Shown one piece after another: positions 57,616 through 64,000 of a stretch of DNA of 64,000 bases; positions within the stretch are counted from its first letter, which is position 1, and each line of letters begins with the position of its first letter. The notes below the pieces were generated by a model. It was given only the letters and a program-made list of their open reading frames with translations. It was not told the DNA's origin and did no database searches. The stretch is from Elusimicrobiaceae bacterium (GTDB taxonomy: Bacteria; Elusimicrobiota; Elusimicrobia; Elusimicrobiales; Elusimicrobiaceae), in NCBI GenBank assembly GCA_045643265.1, contig JAZUKK010000026.1, positions 9,250 through 73,249 on the forward strand, written 5' to 3'. Both the position numbers and the translations under genes were made by a program.

Positions 57616-58659
57616 ATGGCAAATCAACGCCTCACCCAAGCACGCAAAAATAAAAGTGATGAGTTTTATACGCAACTGATAGATATTGAAAACGAGTTAA
57701 AACATTACAAAGAACATTTCAAGGGAAAAACCGTTTTTTGTAATTGCGACGACCCCTACGAAAGTAACTTCTTTAAGTATTTTGCCGTCAATTTTAACCA
57801 TTTAGGGCTTAAAAAACTGATTGCCACTTGTTATAACGGCTCGCCTGTCAGCGGTACCCATTTCCCTCTTTTTGAAGAACATAAAGAAATTACAAAAACT
57901 GCCCACAAGATTGTCATTACCGAAGTAAAAGACGAAAACAACGACGGAGCAATTGATTTAAGTGATGTGGAACACTTAATTAAAAACAAGAAAAATGTAC
58001 TCACCCAATTAAAAGGGGACGGCGATTTTAGGAGTAAGGAATGTAGCGAATTATTAAAACAAGCCGATATTGTAGTAACTAATCCGCCCTTTAGTTTGTT
58101 TCGGGAATATGTGGCCCAACTGGTGGAATATAATAAAAAGTTTCTCATCATAGGAAATCAAAATGCTATTACCTACAAGGAAATTTTTAAGTTAATTAGA
58201 AATAATCAACTGTGGTTGGGAGCAAGTATTCATAATGGCGATAGAGAATTTATGGTACCTAAAGGATATGATATTTCTAAAAATTGCCGTTATGATGAAA
58301 AAGGAAATAAATATATTCGTGTTAGAGGACCGCGTTGGTTCACAAATTTAGATTATAGAGAACGACACGAAGATTTAGTCTTATACAAAAAATACACACC
58401 GGAAGAATACCCTACCTACGATAATTACGACGCTATCAATGTAAATAAAACCGCTGATATCCCCTACGATTACGACGGCGTTATGGGCGTACCCATCACT
58501 TTTTTAGATAAATACAACCCCAATCAATTTGAAATTTTAGACCTAAATCCGCATTTCTTTACCTTGCAAGAACAAGGACTTCCAAAAATCAAGCAATTAA
58601 CACTTAAAAAAGTGGGGGAAAAGGATCCTTATGCTCGTATTTTAATCAAACGGAGATAA
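57616..58659 (+). CDS. Adenine-specific DNA methyltransferase, EcoRI family
   Basis: DEFYT, VFCNCDDP, GDGDFRS, TNPPFSLFREY and GVMGVPITF motifs. Confidence 0.92.
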   Translation: MANQRLTQARKNKSDEFYTQLIDIENELKHYKEHFKGKTVFCNCDDPYESNFFKYFAVNFNHLGLKKLIATCYNGSPVSGTHFPLFEEHKEITKTAHKIVITEVKDENNDGAIDLSDVEHLIKNKKNVLTQLKGDGDFRSKECSELLKQADIVVTNPPFSLFREYVAQLVEYNKKFLIIGNQNAITYKEIFKLIRNNQLWLGASIHNGDREFMVPKGYDISKNCRYDEKGNKYIRVRGPRWFTNLDYRERHEDLVLYKKYTPEEYPTYDNYDAINVNKTADIPYDYDGVMGVPITFLDKYNPNQFEILDLNPHFFTLQEQGLPKIKQLTLKKVGEKDPYARILIKRR

Positions 58660-58660
58660 T

Positions 58661-59755
58661 ATGCAAATAAAATTACACGAAATCACCATCAAGGACTTAT
58701 TCAACGGATATCGCAATAACGACGAAGAAGGTGTTTTTGGCTATGGCGGGAAATTAAACATCCGCCCGCCCTATCAGCGCGAGTTTATCTACAAGGAACA
58801 ACAACGCGACGAAGTTATCAAAACCGTACAGAAGAATTTTCCGCTTAACATTATGTATTGGTGCGAAAACGACGACGGTACCTTTGAATTGCTAGACGGC
58901 CAGCAACGCACTTTAAGCATTTGCGAATACTGCGCGGGCAATTTTTCCCTAGATTCTAAGTATTTCCACAGTTTAACGCAAGATAAACAAAACGAAATCT
59001 TACAATATAAACTAATGGTCTATATCTGCAAGGGCGAGCAATCGGAAAAATTAGATTGGTTCAAAACTATCAATATCGCCGGGGAAGAATTGACCGACCA
59101 GGAACTGCGCAACGCCATTTATACGGGCCCTTGGCTTAGCGACGCTAAAAAATTATTCAGTAAAACAGGTTGCTTGGCCTATAAGATTGGGAGCAATTAT
59201 TTAAGCGGAGTGGCTATCCGTCAGGACTATTTGGAAACGGCTTTAAGGTGGCTCTGCAACCAAAAGGGCTATGACACGATTGAAGATTACATGAGCAAAA
59301 ATCAATTTGCACCCAACGCTAACGAATTGCGGTTATACTTCCAAAATGTTATATCGTGGGTGGAAACCGTTTTCCCCAAATACCGCAAAGAAATGAAAGG
59401 AATTGAGTGGGGAATTTTATACAACCAATACAAAGACACCCCACAAGACAGTAAAAAGTTAGAAAAAGAAATTTCTACCTTGATGCAAGACGACGACGTA
59501 ACCAACAAAAAGGGTATTTATGCCTACTTGCTAACGCATGACGAAAAACACCTAAATATCCGTGCCTTTAGCCCCAGCATGAAACGGCAAGCATACGAAC
59601 GGCAAAAAGGCATTTGCGCCAAGTGCCATAAGCATTTTGAGTTGGAAGAAATGGAGGCCGACCACATTACTCCTTGGTGTGAGGGGGGCAAGACAAACGC
59701 CGAAAATTGCCAAATGCTCTGCAAGCACGACAACCGCACCAAGTCCGATAAATAA
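58661..59755 (+). CDS. DUF262 (ParB-like, GmrSD/SspE N-domain)-HNH endonuclease fusion
   Basis: RPPYQREF, LLDGQQR, FKTINIAG and ELRNA, then CAKC...EADHITPW..GGKT...NCQMLC..DN. Confidence 0.9.
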   Translation: MQIKLHEITIKDLFNGYRNNDEEGVFGYGGKLNIRPPYQREFIYKEQQRDEVIKTVQKNFPLNIMYWCENDDGTFELLDGQQRTLSICEYCAGNFSLDSKYFHSLTQDKQNEILQYKLMVYICKGEQSEKLDWFKTINIAGEELTDQELRNAIYTGPWLSDAKKLFSKTGCLAYKIGSNYLSGVAIRQDYLETALRWLCNQKGYDTIEDYMSKNQFAPNANELRLYFQNVISWVETVFPKYRKEMKGIEWGILYNQYKDTPQDSKKLEKEISTLMQDDDVTNKKGIYAYLLTHDEKHLNIRAFSPSMKRQAYERQKGICAKCHKHFELEEMEADHITPWCEGGKTNAENCQMLCKHDNRTKSDK

Positions 59756-59783
59756 GGGCTCTAATTCAAAACGCCCTAAATGC

Positions 59784-59896
59784 TGTCATCCCGGACGCAT
59801 TAAATGCTGTCCTCCCCGAGGATTTCTATCGGGGATCTCCTCCTTATAGTTATTCCAAAGCGGTGGGGATTCCCGATTACAACTTTCGGGAATGAC
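59784..59896. repeat. REP-like cluster containing the 89-bp dyad
   Basis: Partial unit at 59784 and a dyad at 59808-59896 matching 14424-14512. Confidence 0.88.
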
Positions 59897-59931
59897 TTTA
59901 TATTATGCCGTTATTACAAATCGGTATGTTT

Positions 59932-60942
59932 TTAGATCTTTTCCAACAGTTTTTGCACCAGACGGGGAACCGCGTACGAAGAAAGAGCCGCTTTTTTTAT
60001 GCGTAAAAACTCCGTCGGCACTTTAGCCGAGGGGGGAAGAACTACCTTATATAACCGTGCCCACAAAATACGGTGCGACAACACATGTTTGACAGGCTCA
60101 CCCACCGTCGTCAATTTAGTACGACCGCACCAAGTCGGTTTTTTGGTAAGCACGCCCCCGCGGGTAGTTTCCACCAGGGGTAATTCATACAAATTTTGCC
60201 AAATATCACCCGCCCCGCGCTTGTGCAGCCACACATACGTCCCTTGCTCTACATATATATAGTGGAAAAACCGCTCGGACACTTTTGGCTTTTGCGCCTT
60301 AACAGGCAATTTCTCTATACAGTTCGTTTTGCGCGCGTGGCACTTTTTAGCAAATGGACACGCCTTACATTGGGGAACTTGCGGGGTGCAGACTAGCGCG
60401 CCAAAGTCCATAATGGCCTGATTAAAATCTCCGGGAGATTTTTTATCCAACAATTTTTGCGCCAAGGCGGTAAACTGTTTTTTCCCGTCGGTAGAGTCAA
60501 TGGGCGTTTCCACGCCAAACACGCGCGACAATACCCGATAGACATTTCCGTCCACCACCGCATAAGGCATATTGTATGCCATGGAACAAATCGCCGCCGC
60601 GGTATAGTCGCCCACGCCCTTTAAGGCGCGCACACCGTCATAAGTAGTGGGGAATTTTCCGTTCATACTCTTGGCGGCCGCATGCAAATTACGCGCGCGC
60701 GAATAATAGCCGAGCCCTTGCCACAGTTTTAAGACGGTATCTTCGTCCGCCGAGGCCAGCGCGGCAGGCGTAGGAAATTTTGCGGCAAATTTCTCGTAAT
60801 ACGAAAGCCCTTGCGAAATGCGCGTCTGCTGAAAAATAATTTCCGACAACCAAATCAAATACGGATTGTGCGTATCACGAAACGGCAAGCTGCGTTTATT
60901 TTTTTGATACCACGCGAGCAAAGTGGGGGAAAAATCTTTCAT
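59932..60942 (-). CDS. mutY: A/G-specific adenine glycosylase
   Basis: WLSEIIFQQT, WQGLGYYSRARNL, GVGDYTA, VDGNV and the Cx6Cx2Cx5C Fe-S motif. Confidence 0.96.
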   Translation of the reverse strand: MKDFSPTLLAWYQKNKRSLPFRDTHNPYLIWLSEIIFQQTRISQGLSYYEKFAAKFPTPAALASADEDTVLKLWQGLGYYSRARNLHAAAKSMNGKFPTTYDGVRALKGVGDYTAAAICSMAYNMPYAVVDGNVYRVLSRVFGVETPIDSTDGKKQFTALAQKLLDKKSPGDFNQAIMDFGALVCTPQVPQCKACPFAKKCHARKTNCIEKLPVKAQKPKVSERFFHYIYVEQGTYVWLHKRGAGDIWQNLYELPLVETTRGGVLTKKPTWCGRTKLTTVGEPVKHVLSHRILWARLYKVVLPPSAKVPTEFLRIKKAALSSYAVPRLVQKLLEKI

Positions 60943-60963
60943 AAACTTATTTTACTACTTTTC

Positions 60964-61108
60964 TACGGGATGACGGCGGGGGAAAGGGCACGACAAAAAA
61001 TAAAACAATGTCATTCCAAACTTGATTTGGAATCTCACCTTGTTGGAGAAAACAACGAGATCCCGGATCAAGTCCGGGATGACAACACTTTGGGGTTACG
61101 GGATGACG
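60964..61108. repeat. REP-like cluster (4 units)
   Basis: Units at 60964-60974 (half), 61009-61035, 61058-61084 (rev) and 61086-61108 (rev). Confidence 0.88.
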
Positions 61109-61424
61109 GCGGGGATTATCTTGTTTGCGCGTTTTTCTTCGCCGCAAAATCGCACCCGATTTTGCAAAATCCGTTTTTATGCTCACGCGGGGGGATAAAA
61201 CCCTTTTTTTTAATAAAATGCGGCAAAAAAATTATCCCCGTTTTTTGCCACACCCGCTAAACCAAAAATCTAAGCCAGATTATTATATTAGATTTTTTAC
61301 CCCATATATCACGCTTATTTTTGACAAACCAAACTCAATTTTTACACGCCTTATTTCTTTTTTCTCGTCTGGAAAATGGCTTTATCCCCAAGTTTTGGCA
61401 TAAAAAGACATAAAACAACATATA

Positions 61425-61487
61425 TTGACATATGACACAAAAAATTTTATTATATGTCTATTCCACGTGGATAACTCCTGTGGAAAA
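61425..61487 (+). promoter_or_regulatory. Sigma70 promoter followed by two DnaA-box-like 9-mers
   Basis: TTGACA 61425-61430, 17 nt, TATTAT 61448-61453. Minus strand has TTATCCACG (61466-61474) and TTTTCCACA (61479-61487). Confidence 0.55.
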
Positions 61488-61516
61488 CTTTTTAAGCGGC
61501 ATCCGGAACTAAACCT

Positions 61517-62185
61517 ATGAACGAAACAGACAAGACCCAAAAAATCAGGTTCAAATTTGCCAATGGCGAGGAATTTGAGGCCGAAGGATCATTAGATTTT
61601 GTAGAAACACAACGCGACTATTTCTTATCTTTAATCAAAAAGAAACCGTTGTCCCGCCCCACCCAAACAGGGGGAATAAATTCATCCGCAACAGCCGGAT
61701 CTGCCGCGTTGCAAGAGGACGCGTCCGTATCCGGCACGCTTACCCCGCGCCTATACGCTACGGCCCCCGGCTCCTACGCGTATGAGCCAGCAACCCCAGC
61801 CAAACCGGCCCCCACAACAGACGTGCCATCTAATGACGGGCCTTTTTTGGGTACGCATTTATGGGAACAACTGCTTGTACAAGAGGGGGATAACCTATAT
61901 TTACGACGCAAATTTCACCTATCCGCCGACGACGCCGCACTGATTTTGTTGGCGGGGGGAAAAGAATTGCTACGCAAGGACGGTTGCAGCGCGCTGTGGC
62001 TTTCCCGTGCTCTAGCCAAATCCGGCTTTGAAACGGGGCGTTTGGACCGTCTGCTAGCCCCGGCCCAAAAACTCAATTTCTTACTCTGCCAAGGGGTCAA
62101 ACGCAGTCGTCTGTATATGCTCACCCCGGCCGGGCTGGCGCACGCCTTTGTACTAGCCGAGAAAAAGGCCCAAAACACGCTATAA
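61517..62185 (+). CDS. Hypothetical protein with a probable C-terminal winged helix
   Basis: N-terminal IRFKFANGEEFEAEG module, a Pro/Thr linker, and a C-terminal RLYMLTPAG wing-like motif. Confidence 0.6.
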   Translation: MNETDKTQKIRFKFANGEEFEAEGSLDFVETQRDYFLSLIKKKPLSRPTQTGGINSSATAGSAALQEDASVSGTLTPRLYATAPGSYAYEPATPAKPAPTTDVPSNDGPFLGTHLWEQLLVQEGDNLYLRRKFHLSADDAALILLAGGKELLRKDGCSALWLSRALAKSGFETGRLDRLLAPAQKLNFLLCQGVKRSRLYMLTPAGLAHAFVLAEKKAQNTL

Positions 62186-62374
62186 GTTAAAAAGTGGGGG
62201 GAGGCCCCCTTGTCGGCCACCCCATGGCCAAGACTCTTTGGATAAAGGAAACCCCCGCCAGCCCCCGCGGTTTATCCTAGCCGGTTACCCCCTTTCTTTT
62301 GTGCCCGTTTTAACCCCTTTTTGAACTCATTTTACACCCCCTCATCCAAACGAGGTGGAAAACATTTTTTGCGC

Positions 62375-62401
62375 AAAATCTAATTTGACAAATTAGATTT
62401 T
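62375..62401. promoter_or_regulatory. Perfect 27-bp operator-like palindrome
   Basis: AAAATCTAATTTG-a-CAAATTAGATTTT, containing TTGACA. Confidence 0.45.
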
Positions 62402-62495
62402 TAACATTTTCACAAATTTTAATGATGCAAGACCATCCGGTTTACAAAACTCATATTTTTAGGGTAAAAGAGGGGTTATTTGTCAGGTTTATTTT

Positions 62496-62523
62496 ACTAA
62501 CGATAATTTTTATTATGTTAATA
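62496..62523. other. dif-like XerC/D site
   Basis: ACTAACGATAA-TTTTTA-TTATGTTAATA. The right arm matches 9/11 of the E. coli XerD arm TTATGTTAAAT, and the ATAA-N6-TTAT core is intact. Confidence 0.45.
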
Positions 62524-63264
62524 AAAGCAGGGAAAAACGGGCGTAAACTATAACTATATTCATTATTTAATTTATTTGTTTTATACATAATATTTAAAAC
62601 TTTTTCATATAAAACTTATACGATTTATAGAATTTATTTTTTAGCAGTATTCGCACCAAAATAAAGGCATCAAAAAGGCATTTTATTTTTATTTTCAAAC
62701 TTCAAATCAGAGCCGATTTTTGTAAAATAAAATTTTATAAAAAATGCAAATTTAATTCAAATTTTGCATTTTTTTACAAAACGCGCTAAAACGCCCCAGA
62801 ACGATTTGGAGGTACCTAGGGATATGGGGAAAATAAAATGGGCGATTTTAGAAATACTTAAAATTTAAGGTTTTTTATCATTTTTACCATCCCCCCTTGT
62901 TTTTGGGGGCGGAACAAAGGTAACTTCCCTTATTTTTGGTTAGTTAGGACTTCCGGACAAAAGGTCTCTTACGCACTTTGGGCCTTTTAATAGGTTACGG
63001 GATATGAGGTTTTGAGCGCGCGCTGAGCCTTGGCGTTTGCCTTGATTTGGACTCTTGCATTTGGTACGCGGTGATGCGTTGCGTACGCGGGGTTTTACGA
63101 GTTCTTTGTGTGATTTTATTTTTTTGTATGGGGGGTATAAGGCCCCCCAGAGCACGTTTTCGGGCAGTTTTGTGTGCGATTTATAAGGGGGGAAATACAG
63201 GAAAAAGGGGAGGAACCCCCTATTTTTGCAGGTTCTCCCCCCATCATTTACCGCCCCAAAATGC

Positions 63265-63657
63265 TGTCATCCCGTACTTGATACGGGATCTCATCGTTGT
63301 CCCTCGTCCGTTCATCCAATAAGAAGATGCCGGACACCAACCTTCCGGCATGACAACTCTTTTTTAACAGCAGATCCTGAATCAAGTTCAGGATAACGCA
63401 AGAGGGCGGGAATGACATTGTTTTTTGCCGTTGTCCCGGGCGCACTAAATGTTGTCATCCCCGAATGTTTCTATCGGGGATCTCCTCCTTATAACTGTTT
63501 CTAAGCGGTGGGGATTCCCGATTACGACTTTCGGGAATGACATTGTTTTATTTCTCGCCGTTCCTTTTCCCCCCGCCGTCATCCCGTAACCCTGCGGGCC
63601 GCACAAGATAAAACCCTGAATCAAATTCAGGGTAACATTATGTTAGTTTGGAATGAC
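63265..63657. repeat. REP-like cluster (about 8 units) containing the 89-bp dyad
   Basis: Units at 63265-63291, 63325-63355, 63372-63398, dyad 63453-63541, 63577-63602, 63611-63637 and half units. Confidence 0.88.
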
Positions 63658-63696
63658 TTTGTTTTATGTGGTGCGTATGTGCAAATACAATTTTTA

Positions 63697-64000
63697 CTAT
63701 TTCAATTTTGCAAGTAGCGCGGGGATAACGTCGTACAAATCCCCCTCTACGGCATAGGTAGCTGTTTTCATAATCGGCGCGTTAGGGTCTTTGTTAATTG
63801 CCACTATCACGGGCGAGCCGCCAATGCTGGCCGTATGATGCGTTTGGCCCGAAATACCGCACGCGATATAAAGTTTGGGCTTCACGGTTTTCCCCGTTAC
63901 GCCAATTTGGCGCGCGGAATCTATCCACCCGTTATCGGCCGCCGGACGAGTGCCTGCTACCACCCCGCCCAGACAATCGGCTAATTTTTGTAGTAGTTCA
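63697..64000 (-). CDS. etfA: Electron transfer flavoprotein alpha subunit (5' partial)
   Basis: ELLQKLADCLGGVVAGTR, QIGVTGKTVKPKLYIACGISG, AINKDPNAPI and GDL motifs. Confidence 0.93.
   Translation of the reverse strand, partial: ELLQKLADCLGGVVAGTRPAADNGWIDSARQIGVTGKTVKPKLYIACGISGQTHHTASIGGSPVIVAINKDPNAPIMKTATYAVEGDLYDVIPALLAKLK

Noticed and set aside
61425-62800. Firm oriC call
   Set aside because: No dnaA/dnaN nearby, no DnaA-trio repeats after the boxes, and most boxes are 8/9 matches in AT-rich DNA.
1-64000. Prophage, IS or integron
   Set aside because: No structural, terminase, integrase or transposase ORFs were recognised, and the REP hairpins lack attC R/L box organisation.

Overview
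Bacterial chromosomal DNA, probably from an anaerobic Elusimicrobiota (Elusimicrobium-like) organism. This is an inference from the pilE-type pilin, Kdo/heptose LPS genes together with CIRCE-controlled groESL, PPi-dependent PFK and orphan secreted proteins. Most of the window is housekeeping: waaA, a GT9 heptosyltransferase, a Ser/Thr kinase with PP2C, groES/groEL, pgk, secG, pepT, a FeoA-FeoB fusion, a ferredoxin missed by the ORF track, pfp, cobB, rmuC, an ECF sigma/anti-sigma pair, a MacAB-TolC-type exporter, fadL, ldh, mutY, partial etfA, tRNA-Leu(GAG) and tRNA-Arg(TCT). There is no rRNA, CRISPR array, integrase or transposase. The main unexplained structure is a family of about 45 (counted by eye) GTCA-tagged REP-like hairpins in 8 loci, with compensatory stem changes and a conserved 89-bp dyad. 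Nine of them lie in frame inside a type IV prepilin and build a 140-aa leader. Other leads are an orphan minus-strand sRNA candidate beside ferredoxin/feoAB, an EcoRI-family methylase paired with a DUF262-HNH protein behind a structured leader, a secreted caspase-fold-like protein, an N-N-C GT9 enzyme, a tandem PC4-like protein, a structured tRNA-Leu-linked element, and a dif-like site plus DnaA boxes around a winged-helix gene. All family calls come from motif recognition; no database searches were run.
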